Positions 36,063 through 50,134 of a stretch of DNA of 64,000 nt are shown here, in pieces; within the stretch, counting starts at the first letter, position 1, and every line of letters begins with the position of its first letter. The position numbers and the translations under genes were made by a program. This stretch comes from Ginglymostoma cirratum (Eukaryota): the NCBI GenBank assembly GCA_024137785.1, contig JAHRHZ010000084.1, forward strand, positions 7,031,573 through 7,095,572, given 5' to 3'. The notes below the pieces were generated by a model that made no database searches, had not been told where the DNA came from, and saw only the letters and a program-made list of their open reading frames with translations.

Positions 36063-37981
36063 CTGTAAAAGACAATTAATTCAGTTGCATGATCATAAAG
36101 CTAAAACTCAGACTCATAAACATAGGGTAAATTTATTTAATTGCTATTTATAAACTGTAATGCAATCTTATGTCCATCTCACAACAGAGTCATAAGACAA
36201 AAACTTCTGCCCTCCACCACCTCCAATTCTGCACTAACCTTGAATTTGAGACTGCAAGAGAAATAAAGACAAATCAATCTATGCATCATCTATATCTGCA
36301 TCAGGTGCTGGAAATTTTCAACCATAATACAGAATTGATATTTAAGTTGGATTTCAGGCAATTTGATAGAATTCCATTCTAGTTTTTCAATCATAAATCT
36401 CCCCTCAGTTCGTGGCAGAAGGCCAGAACTACATACAAAAAAAAAAAGAGGTTTCTGACAGAATCTCTCGTGCACATACAGTGGCATTCTGGACACGTTG
36501 CATGTGATTCCCCTGTTTACGTAATGCAAACATTTTGCATTGTCTCGATTTAATTCTTTCTGTCACAATAATCATATTGGCCCAGATATTCTCCACGTGG
36601 TCAGAAAATTTATTTCCACTCCTGGTTGGATGTGACTGCATTAAGATATGTTTAGATGGTTTCCAAGCCGGAAATTCCTGGACGGGACCTCCAGTCTGAC
36701 CAGAAATCCATGAACCGATGAGCAAAGTAAACCTTCATAAAAGCCATGTCCCACTTGCAACAATTAGTGCATAGTATTCTGTCCAGCCACTGAGACAACT
36801 GCTGTTAAACAGAGAGAATATAAAGCAAGCGTGGAGTTAAGGGGGCAGTCGGTTAATAGTGGGGTACCATGCAGGCAATGGAATGCTTAGGTTAGGTTGG
36901 TGTTAGTGGTTGTGATGGCAGAAACAAGGGGCGGGGGGGGAGAAAAGAGGACAGTGAGGTCCAGTGGCAGGAGGATGGGTCAGACCGGAGGGTGAGCAGT
37001 AGCAGGGGAGCACAGGGTGACATCTGAAGAGGGGGAAGGAGGGTCAGATCCTAGCAGTCATCAGAGGCAGATGCTGGGCGTCAAGTCCTGATGGGTTCTG
37101 ACCACCATGGGGAAGGGCTATTGGGTCTGGGGGTATCAGTCCAACAATCAGGAGTGGGTGTCGGGTCCAAGAGCTTCAGATCAGGTCCTAGAGGTGCAAC
37201 CCAGCCAGGAGGTTGTGGGAGAGTCAGGCTGGTAGCACAGTATGTCAGGTCTGGGGCTTCAAGCCAATTGAGGGTGAGATTTTGGGCTTTCAGGCCAGAG
37301 GTGCTTGCCAGGATGGTGTAAGGAAGTGATGTTAACAGGGATTGGGGTGGTGGAGGGGAGGTGGTTGAGACAGGGAATCAATTTAATACTTACTCAGGAG
37401 TTAGAGTAGGTCTTTCATCCTCTAAATTTCATAGGTAATTATTATAACTAATTTTGAATCTCCTAAACTCTCTGATGTTAATACTCTTTCAGGGATTTCC
37501 AGATGTAGGGGAATCGCCAATCAGAATCTTCAGTCTGCTAGATAATTCTCATGGATTCTGCTGCGTCTGGAATTCTGCAAGGTCCTAATGCACATCTCAA
37601 TCCACTCTGCTTCCAGCAACACTCTGGTCATGAGGATATCTGAGCCTCCAATTCTGAATTCCATTAGAAGCTTACCCAAGACCCATAAGATCTATTTATC
37701 CTGACGTAACCTCACTGTTCATAAAGACCCCAAATACTACCAAAAGTATCAATTCATATTCCTTGCATTTGCACGGGTGCATTGTGGTAACACAATGGTT
37801 ACGCCAAGCATTCAATCCCAGGATATCCACAAACTTACAAATCTCAACAACTGCCTTTAAGTCGAACAAAAAACTGAAACCCAGAGTTCCGATGGCAGTC
37901 AGATAAACATTTCTGGGATACAGGCATTGATGGGTCAGTTAAAGTTGGAACATGCAGTTATATTCAGTTAATCCTACTCAC

Positions 37982-38098
37982 CGTCTGCACCATAGAGGTC
38001 CAAGTTTCCACCGTCCCTTGTTCCCCATTCAGGAACAAGATATAGGATGAATGCTATCCTCCGCCCTTCTAATTCATCATCGTGACAGAGCAACACAT
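37982..38098 (-). CDS. OGFOD1: OGFOD1 exon 5 (HxD iron-binding motif)
   Basis: [39 protein letters not shown], 117 nt. Confidence 0.96.
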
Positions 38099-38699
38099 CT
38101 GTAACAGCATCGGTTTAAATTTCAGCACAGCTTAAGCATTTCCTTTTCAGTTGAGTGACAATCAGTGTGGGTTCAAATTTCCACACCAATTAAGGTTACC
38201 ACAAAGAACCCTCCTTCTCAACTTTCCTGTCACCTGAAGCACGACAACCCTCAGGTTAAATCACCACGAGTCATCTCCCTTTGAGAGGGCAGTCTATGAT
38301 CAGAGGGCTATGGTGACTTAACCTTCATCTTGCGAGATGAAGGTTATGATGTTAAGATGTTTCATGCGAGAAAGAACATTTTGTGGAAAACATGGATCAG
38401 CATCCAAAGCTGGCGGAAACATATGCTTCCACATCAGCCTTAACAGGAAATCTGAGCATTCCTGTGGAAATTTCAACAAAAAAAATCCGTTCAGCCTACT
38501 TGGCAATAATCATATCTTTTGATTTAAGATATAAGACCAGGTCTCACTCCAGTATATTCCATGTCAACATTCCAGTGTATAGTCGAGTTGTGTTGTATTA
38601 CTAAATAAAGTACATAGAGTCATACAGCATGGAAACAGGCCTTCAGCCCAAACGGGTCCATGCTGACCATCCTTTGACATAACATCAAATGCAGCCTTT

Positions 38700-39920
38700 T
38701 TCTGGGTTTAGTGGACAACAAAACAGAGAAAGCTCAGACTGTCCTGATCAGCTATACTCATTCAAGCAATAACAAAAGGCTGTAATGTATCCAACAGAAA
38801 ATGAGGCGCTGTCCTTCCAACTCAAATAGGGTGACACTCGAGCATTGCAGCAAGCCTATGTCAGAAATGTTAGCCTGCTAGCAAGTTGGTGCATTGAAAT
38901 GGCAAGGAGCTGGAATGTTTCTGTCATTGTTAAAGAAAGAGCGAAGGTGTTCCACAAAGTGGACATGCAATCTATATATAGTATTGCCAATTTAGGGAAG
39001 GCCACATTGTGAGCAGTGAATCGAGTAGATAAATTAAAAGAATGACAAGTCTTTATGCTGCTTCACCTCATTGAAGTGTTTGGGAACCTTGGACAATATG
39101 ACGGTAAAGGTCACGTTACACCTTCTGCAAATGCATCGGGGTGGTGCAAGGGAGTGTTAGGCCAGATGTCATGGAGGTTGTGGCCCCTGTAGAATCTTGA
39201 CAAGGAAGGAGAGGGCAAGATGTGTTTTCTGGAGAAGAATGATCATTTGAATGTAAAAGCTAGCAGGGTGGAAAGTGAGAACAAAGGGAATTGTTATCAT
39301 TGTTCGAGGAGGGAGTGCAAGGGATGAGGGAAAAATTGTAGGAAATGGGTTAGGTGTGGCTGAAGACCCCCAATAACCAAACTGAGGAAATCCTCAGTTG
39401 AAGAAAAAGGAGGATACGTCAGACATATCCCTGTAGAATGTGGTATCAGCAGTATACCAACCAACAGAGATGGAGAAACTGAGAGAATGGAATGTGGTCC
39501 TTAGAGGAAGCAATGTGAAAGGGAAATGTAGTCAAGTTAACTGTCTGAATCAGTAGGTTCATGCTGAACATTGGTGACCAGCCTATCCTGAGAAACGGAA
39601 TTAGAGAAATCAAGGATGGGAGGGAAAGAGTCACAAAGGACAGAAAAGGATGGAAATTGTAAGCAAATTTGATTAAATTTTCCAATTCCAGATGACAGAA
39701 GGAAGCAGCACTGACTTGTGCGAGGGGACTGGAGCAAAGAATGTTCCGCATATGCCAAGGGGATAGGCATAACTGTGACCATGCAGGTACCAACAGCCAC
39801 ACCTTTGACTTGGAGAAGTGAGACAAGTTAAAGGAGAAATTGTTCAAAGTGAGAACGACTTCAGCCAGGTGAAGGATGTTGGTAGTTGTTGTAGGGTGGT
39901 AACAGTTGAGGCCTCCTTTG
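38700..39920 (-). mobile_element. Degenerate Penelope-like retroelement
   Basis: LAEVVLTLNNFSFN, MAVGT, DHIPFSQFLHL RT remnants, same family as 12750-14250. Confidence 0.75.
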
Positions 39921-40984
39921 AAGGAAGAAGAGCCTTCCAAAAATTCTAATGTGGAGTGGACACACTGAGAAATTGCACATATCTCCAACCTCATACCATT
40001 TATGTAATATTCCCTGTTCCTACTACAGTATAATTGAAATGTCACATCTGCAATAGCACAGTGCAGTAAAACAATGCCTTTGTGACATCGCACGCACAAT
40101 AATGCAAGCATACACACTGTTAGAACTCTCACCGAGTTTTCGTTACCTTATTTTTATTCTTTTACAAGTTTTGGTTTGGAGCTGGAAACTATGAGATGAC
40201 TTTTGACTGTGGGATCACAGCTTGCGTTAAAAGGACAACAGACCAAACAAGATTTTGTTTATTCATGAAGCCATGCCTGGAAGTTAACTGCAATTGTGTT
40301 CCTGAGGAAAAGGTTCTGCAGATACATTGTCACTGGGGACGAGCATTATGTTTAAAGAGGGAACAGAAGTTGGCTATTAACAAGGTCACTTCCTGGCAAT
40401 TAGTTCCAGCAATCTGGAAAAGACATTATCTTCAAGCAGATGGCAGATATGGTATCTGGGACCAGATGGAAAAGTCAGTCAGGCAGGGAGCGATCAGACT
40501 TTGAATTGCATTCTGGGTTTTTGGTTTTTCCATGAAAAAGAATCTGGCTGTTGATAATACAGCACAAGGATGTAAAAGCTCACTGCCTAATCTCCCATGG
40601 ACAGTTCATGGAAGCTCAGAAGACAGAAAACTAAGTTTAAAGTATTACCGATGTTATCTGAGTGAACTGAAAAACTGAACCTGATCGGCATTTTCAGAAA
40701 ATCAACCAAGAAAATATCATGTATGCTTGTGGAACCATTATCGAAACCATTTATGTAATCTGGCCAGTTTTCTGATTTGGTTTTATTTGTCCCATAACTG
40801 TGTTTGCCCTTTGTGTGAATGGGGCTGAAAACAAAGGATCATTGGCTCATAGGATAGACAAATTAGATTACTCTATTGTTTAATTTTGCTCGACTAAAGT
40901 TACTATGTTGTTAATAAATTGTGAAGCCTTTTGTTGAAGGTACACCTGGTGTCTGAAATTGATCATTTGCTAACATGGGATTGG

Positions 40985-41352
40985 TTCTTCGAAAATTATA
41001 AAATCATGATGAGCATTGATCAGATGAATGACCATTGTCTCTTTCCCAGGGTAGGGGAGTCCAAAACGAGAGTGCATAGGTTTAAGCTGAGAGGGGAAAG
41101 GTTTAAAAGGGACCTCTAGGAACTCTTTCAAGCAGAGGGTGGTGCACGTTTAGAATGAGGTGTCAGAGGAAGTGGTGGAGACTGGTACAATAACAACATT
41201 TAAAAGGCATCTGGATGGATACATGAAAAAAAGGTGGTGGCTAGAGGGATATGGGCCAAATTCTGATAAATGGAGCAATTTAGGATATCTGGTCAGCATG
41301 GACGAGTTGGTCGAAGAGCCGATTTCTGCGCTGTACAACTGTGTGACTCTAA
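40985..41352 (+). mobile_element. CR1 3' end
   Basis: YKIM..LFPRVGESKTRVHRFKLRGERFKRDL, tail ctgtgtgactcta. Confidence 0.85.
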
Positions 41353-41540
41353 AACTCTTGGAACTACTGGGCTCAATTTTGAGGATCTTTGAAGGTTTCA
41401 ATTTGACACTGCTGTAAATGGAGAGGTGGAAAGGCAGATTTGATTTGGCTGTCTCCATGTTGTAAAAATGAAAACACCCAGTAAAATAATATATATCAAA
41501 TACATTCAGTGTAAAACACTATTTACTGAATTTTGTATAC

Positions 41541-41641
41541 CTGTGTATTCATATTTAGCACAGGATAAATCGACTGTGCTTTCTAGTTTTAGACCAATAA
41601 CATCTGATAACCACGTACGAAAATCTTCAAACAGAACCTTC
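41541..41641 (-). CDS. OGFOD1: OGFOD1 exon 4
   Basis: [33 protein letters not shown], 101 nt. Confidence 0.95.
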
Positions 41642-42471
41642 CTACAAAGAGAAAAACAGATACATTTTGAAGTTATTGTATTGCGTAAAGCAATGGCAAT
41701 GAGATACAAACTCTATAGGCATTCAAAATATTTCTGGAGTAAGTCCAAAGGAATTTCTCTTCTATCATTACACATTATGGACAGTTTTCTCACTAGCATT
41801 GTTGGAGGAAACATAATGTAATCAGGCATTGAAGGGACCAGTGAATATCTCAAAAAGCAAAGTTAATTGAGAGTCTGAGAGAAAACACTTTGTGGAGATC
41901 AAAGTAGTGTATGGGGCTGGAACGGTTACTAACAGCATGGAGTGTAAGGTTAATATAAATAAATATGAAAATTAAGGATTATATTATTCAATCTGAGCCA
42001 GAGTAAGTGCCTGGTGCATAAGGCTAAAGGAGAAAACATTTTTGGAAAAAGGCAGAAAATATATTTGGAAGTGATTCAAAGAGTTTGCACTGAAGAAACG
42101 GCTGCTTGCAAAAATCAAAACCAAATAAAAGCAACAATAACTAGGTTTCTGTCCATTAACATGGCTGAAATCAATTTGCTTCTTAAAGTTTTTATCAAAA
42201 ATAGTTTACTTTCTGCCATTAACTCTTCCAACTAGGTTATTTCTTATGACATTTCACCCAATTGTGCAGCAGCAGCCCACTCTCAGTGGCGTCAACTTCA
42301 CCTCCACACTAGCTCCCACAACATGTATAAAGCATACCTATGACCATTCAACTTAAAATCTGTGCTGCAACAAGGAAAACTTGTTTGAAAACACACTGCA
42401 TTTCAGTCCAATAACCTGGTTCAAACTGTGCCCTGAGCAAGCTTGGAAAAGATGTGTTCCCAGTGACTCAC

Positions 42472-42518
42472 CTTAATGCTGAGATGTGATATTCTTTCTT
42501 CTGCCGAAGGTCATCAGA
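42472..42518 (-). CDS. OGFOD1: OGFOD1 exon 3
   Basis: SDDLRQKKEYHISALR, 47 nt, ccgacag| and |gtgagt. Confidence 0.93.
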
Positions 42519-43446
42519 CTGTCGGAGGAATGGAACATATTATTTATGTCTAAAACCTCAACATATTCTTTCTGCCTGAAAATTTATATCTTGTACCTCT
42601 CATTATTACCTATATCTGGAACTCAATTAGTTATGAATGTTCACATGTACAATCTCACTCTGTCAACACTGAATGAAAATTTATGCTCAGAATCACATCT
42701 CACCAATGTTTACAGACAGCCATTTCAGACACCATGATTTGGAGATTCATTGTGGATTTTCTGCCCAGTTTCTGCAAAATATACTGATGCATATGCAAAT
42801 ATTAAAAAATCCCACAATCTACGATCTGCCCTGGGAGATTATGTATGACAACTGCAGCTGTAGATGGATAGATTGAACAGGTAATTTGTTTGTTGTACAT
42901 CATTATGGAAAGGCTGTTTTAACATCCATTCACCTCATTCTATGTTACTCCCACACGTCTACAGAATAAAGATCACCATACCTAATGCTACTCCAGGGTT
43001 TGCACTCTACTGTGGTAACCTCATCTACATCATTGCAAGAATATTGTGCACAAAGACCTCCCAATATTACAACAGTGACTGCGCTTCAAAAGTTTTACTG
43101 GCTATAAAAGGCTTCAAGATCTTCGGAGATTGTGAAAAGGCATTACATAAATGCAAGTTAATCAATTCTCTCCTTCATCTCACTTTATTACTTCAATGTG
43201 CCCACTCCACTCAAGTCCTTCATTATACCACGGTATCTGATCCTTCTGCCATACAGAAAATCTCTGAGCTTTCATTACTTCTAAATAGTCATAGAATCAT
43301 GCGGTCCTTTCACTCAATACAGTCAGCAAATAATGGAACCATTAACTCCATGGCCCAGTCTGATTGTTGTGCAAATTATCAAAATTTCCTGCCCATTTGC
43401 TACCTCTCTCCTCCCAAACATTTGTTTTGCACAATCTCCTTCCTAC

Positions 43447-43595
43447 CTGCTTGAATTTATAGAGATCGTTTGATTTTTCATAGAAGTTCAGCTGTAGAAG
43501 CTCATTCTGAAGATCCTCCAGGAATCTTTGACTCTGGATAAAATTTGATATCACACAATGTGCAAATGGCTGTGTGCCCACAACAAGACCCTTCT
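43447..43595 (-). CDS. OGFOD1: OGFOD1 exon 2
   Basis: [45 protein letters not shown] boundaries, 149 nt. Confidence 0.95.
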
Positions 43596-45832
43596 CTGTC
43601 AAGAGAGGAACAAAGATTCCAGTTACCTTGGCAAGGAGCAGTTTTGCTACAATAAATTATAGAAACGTAGTATTTTGTTAGCATTAGGCATCCGCAAAAA
43701 TAAAATATAAATTAAATTGCCAGACTCTTAAAGACTTTGAAGAAGAAATATTTGTACATCATTACAGTGGTATTCTCTCATTTATACTGCCTGGTTTGAT
43801 GGGAATTTTCCGGGCTAGATATGCTGAGCTGTCTTTCTGACCATTAGTGTTTGAATGCACAAGTTGTGGCAGTTAGTTCATTTACACTCCCTTTGCCTTT
43901 AAATCAAGTATACCCAAATTTAAAATATGTTCAATAAGTCCAATAGGCTCCTTGTGCACTTTATGACATAGGTTTGACAGAAGGGTTGCACCCAATTATT
44001 TAACCCAACTCTGATGACGCTGCAACCTCTGGAAAACTTCATACCACTTCTCTCCAAAGGCAATTGAAAACCAGATGCCAGATCCATACTGTAAGCTTTG
44101 TGACAAGATTATAGCAGAGCTTGCTTCTCAGCAATTCTACTATCAATACAGAAATCAACCATAAATGAACATAAATCCATCCCTGAATTGTATGCCTTAA
44201 ACTTTGTTTCCTTGAGGTGTGAAGAAACCACTAACCTGCCAAAGTACATATTGATAGGTAACATCCATTTTCTCTAACTTCTGTCTTCCTGTCTACCCAC
44301 TAAACTTTTTGTCCATGTTGCTAGATTTTGAAGCTCAATTACGTTTCCTCATGAAATACTTGATGTTTTCTGGCAAGCCATTTTGTAAGACAACTTATCA
44401 AATTCCTTTTGAAAAATCCAGACATGGATCTTAACGTATTCCTTTCTCCATCCAGCTATCTCTGCAAATTAAAATCCTTTTAAATTTGCAAAATATGACA
44501 TTCTTTTGACCACTCCATCCTGATTGCCCTTCATTAACCCACACATTTGAGTGTTCACCAATTGTATCTTGAATTGTTCCCATTCAAAACTTTGTTTCTT
44601 TTTTATTCAATAAACTTTCACAGTATTGTCATTATTGTTATACAGTCACAGACAGCATTTCCTACAACAAGCTCCCAAACATACTGCAGACACAAATGGC
44701 CAGTGTATTCATTTTCAGTGGTTACGGGATAAATGTTGTATGGAACAGTAGTAGACCTCCCTGCTCTACCACAACCGATGCAGTCAGCTCTAACTTTCAC
44801 TGAACACAAGCTGTGGATCTCATGGTTATCAGTGAAACAATAACACTCACTACTGACCTTATAGGAAGCTGCCCACAAAGACATAGTAATTTATGTGGCA
44901 TGGCTTTCCACCTTCTCAACATTACTCTGAATCTGGTGCCAAATCCAAATCCAGCAGTGATATCATTGAGAATGGTTATCAGACAGTAGTATTCTCATCC
45001 ACAGCAAAGTAGCATGCAAAATGCAAATCAAATTTTCACTTTTGATCAAAACTTTGCCGAGAACAAAATAAATTACTGGGAAACATAGATGGGATGTAAC
45101 TGTAAACTGCAAAGTTTTTAAACTTTTTTAAGCATAAAATGTTTTAAACGTAAAGAAATTTGGCAATCTACAATGTAAAATTAATTTTCCACTGACACTG
45201 AAGCTGCTCAGTAATTTGAGTGTGGGAGATCAGATTAAGCCCAGTTACATCTGAATCAACAACGTGTAATCTTGTCAAAAGTTTTTACAGCGACATTCAG
45301 TAAAAAATTGTCAGTTCAGTAACTCATTGATTTCAAACCAGGGAACTTCAACAGCATAACCTGCAGGGGAATGAAATCACGAACAGAAACTTGTGCATTT
45401 CATCATTTAACTGCACACATGCGAACTTCAGATATTCCTGTTAAAATCAGAAGCACAACGATGGCTAAACTGTCGCAATTTACGATCACAAAAAACACGG
45501 CTAATGTGCCATCTAAAGCGAGCAAACCGCCAATAAACCACTCTATCAATACTGCATCATATACATTTAACACGAAAACAAAAACAGTCACTTGACTCGA
45601 ACTGTTAATTCTATTTTCTCTGCACAGACGCTGCCAGGCCTGCTCAGTTTTTGCAGCGATTTCTGTGTTTGTTTCTGTATTGTGCTTCATCGTCTTCTTT
45701 CCAACACAGGAGACTATCCACTGAACTAAGACAGCATCTGAATTGTTTCGCCTGCCTTAGTTACTCTGAGCTCCCTTTTTCCAGCCTACTGCCCGCCCTT
45801 GACTGTTATGCAAACCCCTCGCTTCCTCTCAC

Positions 45833-45986
45833 CATGTGAGTACTCAAGTCCCCGGCTCCAGGCCTCGCTCACACGCTCCTTCGTTTCCAACAGCAGTGGG
45901 TTCAGCTCGGCAAGCTCCCTCTCCTTCAGCTGTCTCTTCCCTCCGACCCCACTTCCCAGGTCACTCCGTGCCCTCTTGGAGCTCAT
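45833..45986 (-). CDS. OGFOD1: OGFOD1 coding exon 1
   Basis: MSSKRARSD...VSEAWSRGLEYSH resembles the OGFOD1 N-terminus (VAEAWSR). 154 nt, donor G|GTGAGA. Confidence 0.9.
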
Positions 45987-46047
45987 TCCAAGCCCGGACC
46001 AGACGTTCCAAACTCAGGGTATCACCTCCACTCGCTGCCTCGCCTCG

Positions 46048-46068
46048 GACTACATTTCCCGGCAACAC
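46048..46068. promoter_or_regulatory. ZNF143/Staf-type motif in the OGFOD1 CpG-rich promoter
   Basis: GACTACATTTCCCGGCAACAC matches the ACTACAnnTCCC(A/G)G motif. About 60 bp upstream of the ATG, with a second GACTACA at about 46117. Confidence 0.7.
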
Positions 46069-46321
46069 TCGGCTTGCCAATTGAAACGGTTCTTTCCTGG
46101 AACAGCGTCGCCTACAGACTACAGCGGTGTTGTATTCTACCGAGAGCGGCACCCTTTCAGTCAGACAGTCGAGTGGTGAGACAGTGCATTCCCAGTGGAA
46201 GCAGACGGGACTGCAGTCACTTTGATTTTCGTTCGTCTTTTGCTACCGATATTTTTAGTCAACCTGTTCATTATTACACGCCTCCGGAGCAGGTGAGATT
46301 TGAAGCCAGACCTCCAATGTC

Positions 46322-46425
46322 AAGGCAAAAACAGAAGTTGCTGGAAGCTCGGCAGGTCTGGCAGCATCTGTTAAGAAAAAAAATCAGAGTTAACGTTTTG
46401 GAGCTGGTGACCCTTCCTCAGAACA
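46322..46425 (-). mobile_element. Penelope-like pLTR fragment (related copies about 47235-47370 and 58965-59045)
   Basis: caaaaacagaagttgctgg..ggcagcatctg..gacccttcctcag, reverse of the end of 12750-14250. Confidence 0.7.
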
Positions 46426-46464
46426 GGGAGGGAGATATCAGAGGGAGGGACATTCCACTTCACC

Positions 46465-46820
46465 AATTGCTATTGAAGATGCTGCTGAGGGAGCTTTGGT
46501 GAGGTGCTACACAGCATCTTAGATGATACACCACACAGGCACTGTGCATGGTTGTAGAGGGACGGAATGTTGAAAGTGGAAGTTGGGGTGCCAATCAAGC
46601 ACGTTAGTATTTCCCAGATGTTTTCAAACTTCTTGAGTGACTTTGGAGCTGCATTCATCCAGGCAGGTGAAGAGTAGTCCATCACACATCTGATTTGTGC
46701 CTTGTAGACGGTGGGCAGTCTTTGGGGAGACAAGAGATGAGTAAATTGGCACAGAATTCCAAGCCTCTGACTCTATCTTTGCAGCATTTATATCGCTAGT
46801 CCAATTCAGTTGCTGGTTAA
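46465..46820 (-). mobile_element. LINE fragment (CR1/L2 clade), same family as 62535-63470; more at about 48110-48720
   Basis: LPTVYKAQIRCVMDYSSPAWMNAAP. Confidence 0.75.
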
Positions 46821-47440
46821 TTAGTGTACATTGGAAATTTCAGGTTACAAATTTGACTCAAATTCATGTATATATACTCAAATACTTCCAAATAAATGAG
46901 TGGGCAAAGAGTATAAGAAATGGAATATCTGCTCTCAGTCCAACATCTTTGCTGTCTTATTTTCTGATGGAATAGCAGGATCTACTAACCTCAGTTTCAA
47001 ATTTGCTGTGCACTTTAGTCATCCCTGAGTACTCCTGTTTATTAACAATTTCAAAACCATAACCCATTGCATTATCAGTGTTGTAATGAGGGAAGACTCA
47101 ATATTAATTTTCTCAAGAAGTGTAGGATCAATCTGTGATTAACCCTTGAAGGGAATGGGTATTGACGGCTGTCATCTTCCCTTATCTTTTAACTGTTTCA
47201 CTTACTGAAATGTCAATCCTGTTAATTCTGGACAAAAACCAAAAGAAATGTGGATGTGGTAAATGAGAAGCAAAAACAGAAATTGATGGAAATGCTCAGC
47301 GGGTCTGGCATCATATGTAGAGAGAAATCAGAGCTAACGCTTTTGGTTGAGTGACCCTTGCTTAGACCCTCACTGTCAATTCTGATCAGTTTTTGTATTG
47401 ATGTGACTCCTTCCTAAGATAATGTGATATTTTATGACGA

Positions 47441-47672
47441 GATAGTAAGAATTGCCAATGTGGAGTCAGCGATAACACAGTGCAGAGCTGGAGGAACACA
47501 GCAGGCCAGCAGCATCAGTGGAGCAGGCAAGTTGATGTTTTGGGTCAGGACCCTCCTTCAGAAGAAGGGTCTGAAGGTCTGAAGAAGAGTTCCGACTGGA
47601 AACATCAACTTGACTGCTCCCTCGATGCTGCCTATCCTGCTGTTCTCCTCCAGCTCCAAACTGTGTTATCTC
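47441..47672. mobile_element. Older palindromic mini Penelope-like element
   Basis: Inverted arms gataacacag.. and ..ctgtgttatc, near-perfect TSD tgatattttatg(a/c)cga at 47425-47440 and 47673-47688. Confidence 0.75.
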
Positions 47673-48779
47673 TGATATTTTATGCCGATTTGCTCTGGAA
47701 AGTGGATTGTGTGCTGCCATGCCCTCATGTTTAAAACTCTGAGCTCATTTTCACAGTTTTTGCTTAATTGGTAAGAGTCCCTCAATAAATCAAACACCTA
47801 ATATTGACTATATGTGTACTGAGGCCATTTGTCAGGGTTTTTTTTTGTCTATATGGTTGTGGTGCCTGGAATGGGTCTCCTAACTTTCACAGCAGAAGAT
47901 ACAGTGTGAATGTAAAATAGTATTACTTTAATACAGAAGATCACAGGATACCGCCACAAATTACAAAGTAGCTGGTAAGAATCATGCAGAGTGTGTTTAA
48001 GTCTAAGTTTAGAATAAAGAGTGTATAAAAGGTGAGATTGTGAGATATCCTTAAATTCAGTCAATACATGGTCTTGACTAAACTAAACTAATCAAGAAAG
48101 AAAAATTTCCCTACTGGTCCTACGATAATGCAGGATTTCAGTGATGAAAAGGCTTTTGATTACCAATGGGAGATGGTTAGATTCTCTCTTGTTAGAGATA
48201 ATCACTTTCTGACACTTGTACGGCATGAATATTACTTTCCTCACCCCTGCCTAAACCTTTCATGTTACAAAAATCATCTGCAAGTAGACATGGAATACTT
48301 CACTGTCTGAAGAGTCGTGAATGGGTGGCATGGTGGCTTGTTCGTCTAGGGTGGCATGGTAGTTCAGGGAGTAGCACTGCTGCCTCACAGTGCCAGGAAT
48401 CCAGGTTCCAGATAAGGTAGGAGGATGCTGTTTGGAGGGTTGGTGTGGACTTGTTGGGCCGAATGGCCTGTCTCCACACTGTGGGGATTCTATATGATTC
48501 CTTGAATGATGTTGAACATTATGCAAATATCTCTATTTCTAATCTAATGAAGGAGGGAAGGTCATTGACAAAGCAGTTGAAGTTGGTTGGCCCTAGGGCA
48601 ATATCCCGAAGACCTCCTGCAGACATGTCCTCGAATTATTGCCAAGAAAAAAATCCAAAACCATCCTCTTTTTTGCTGGGTATGAATCCAGCCAGTGGAG
48701 TGTTAGGGTCCAGGGTTTCCTTAAGGTTGTTCATCTATAAATAACATATTCTGTGGTGCAAACTGACATAAAAGAACAA

Positions 48780-50040
48780 GCAAATCAATAAGAAACTGTT
48801 TTAATTTTGTAGTCTAATTGGATATGATTCATTTTTAAACTTGAGACAAACGGATCAAAGTCAAAAGCATGGAGTTAAATCTAAACAAGGGCAATTACAG
48901 AGTATAGGTTGCCTAAAGTAGATTAAGACATAAGATTAAAAGGTATGAATCTTGATGAGCAATGATAAATATTTATTGTGATTCATTATTTTCAACAAAC
49001 ATAAATGCACTTGAAAAATAAAGTTTCCACGGGAGAAGTGAACAAATTATGGATAAATCAAAAAGGATATTTGTAGCATTTGATGAAGTCACACTCTTAC
49101 GATGTTACTAACAAGGTCATTGAGATGCACAACTGGCAAGATGACAAGCGATTCATGAAGATGGAGAAGTGTAGATATGAGAGTAAGCTAGTTCTGAATG
49201 TAATATAAGTTAAAAGAAACAAAGAGTCTGAAGAAGTAAATATCGTTCAATTTGCAACAGTAATATGAGATATTAAAATAAAGAAACTGTGGAGGGATTA
49301 AACAAATGTTTTGCATCTGTCTTCGTCGCAGAAAACATAAATAACATACCAGAAATAACAGGGAAATTGGTGCTTATGAGTGAGGAAATACAGATTAATT
49401 ATTATTAGTAAAGAGAAAGCACTGGAGAACTTAACAAGAAAAAAGGCTAAGCGATTGAGCTTATAGTGTTAGCCATAGATTTTTAATAGAGTTGGCTGCA
49501 GACATAGTGGACATATTGGATTTAATCTTGGAGAATTCCCTACAGCTGTGAATTAGATAATACGATATATAATTTTACTGTTGCAAAAATGACAAAGTAA
49601 GAATATATGGAATTGAAGGTAAGTTAGCCTAGCTTTCAATCTGTTATAAGGCACATAGTAACCGGATGCTTAAAATCAGAGGTAAACTTATTAAAACTTA
49701 TTTGTTTTCTCCAGTTTGATGCCGAGTGCATTTTTGGTTGCATAAGAACTAGAAATTGGAACATTATCTCAGTATAAAGGGACACGAATATAGACTGAGA
49801 AGAGGAATAATTTATATGCTCACAGTGTTAGGAATCTCTAGGATTCTCAATCCCAGAGGGATATGGATGTCACTCATTGAGTATATTTAAGACTAAGGTC
49901 GATAGATTTGTGAGTCCTGCGGAATCAAAAAATAATGGTGATCAGGAAAGAAACTAGTACTAAGGTTACAGGTCAGCCATCACATAATTGAATAGAACAG
50001 CAGATTTGAGTAGTCTCTAAAGCCTCCTAATATTCTGATA
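48780..50040 (+). mobile_element. Highly degenerate CR1 LINE
   Basis: LN..KGNY, LNKCFASVF remnants and CR1-like 3' region. Confidence 0.55.
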
Positions 50041-50134
50041 GCTAGTGATGTTATATTGACCAAGAGTACAATATAAAAATATGTATTATTCATTGTGCAC
50101 CACAACTACACCCATATTTCTGGTAAATATTTCT

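Noticed and set aside
36830-37380. G-rich tract with recurring gggtc motifs
   Set aside because: Probably part of an unclassified repeat. No termini, TSD or regular unit could be defined.
39446-40132. 228-aa ORF with a signal-peptide-like start
   Set aside because: Chance read-through into a degenerate Penelope RT fragment.
42942-43454. 170-aa plus-strand ORF
   Set aside because: Intronic, antisense to OGFOD1, spans a SINE fragment and has no motifs.
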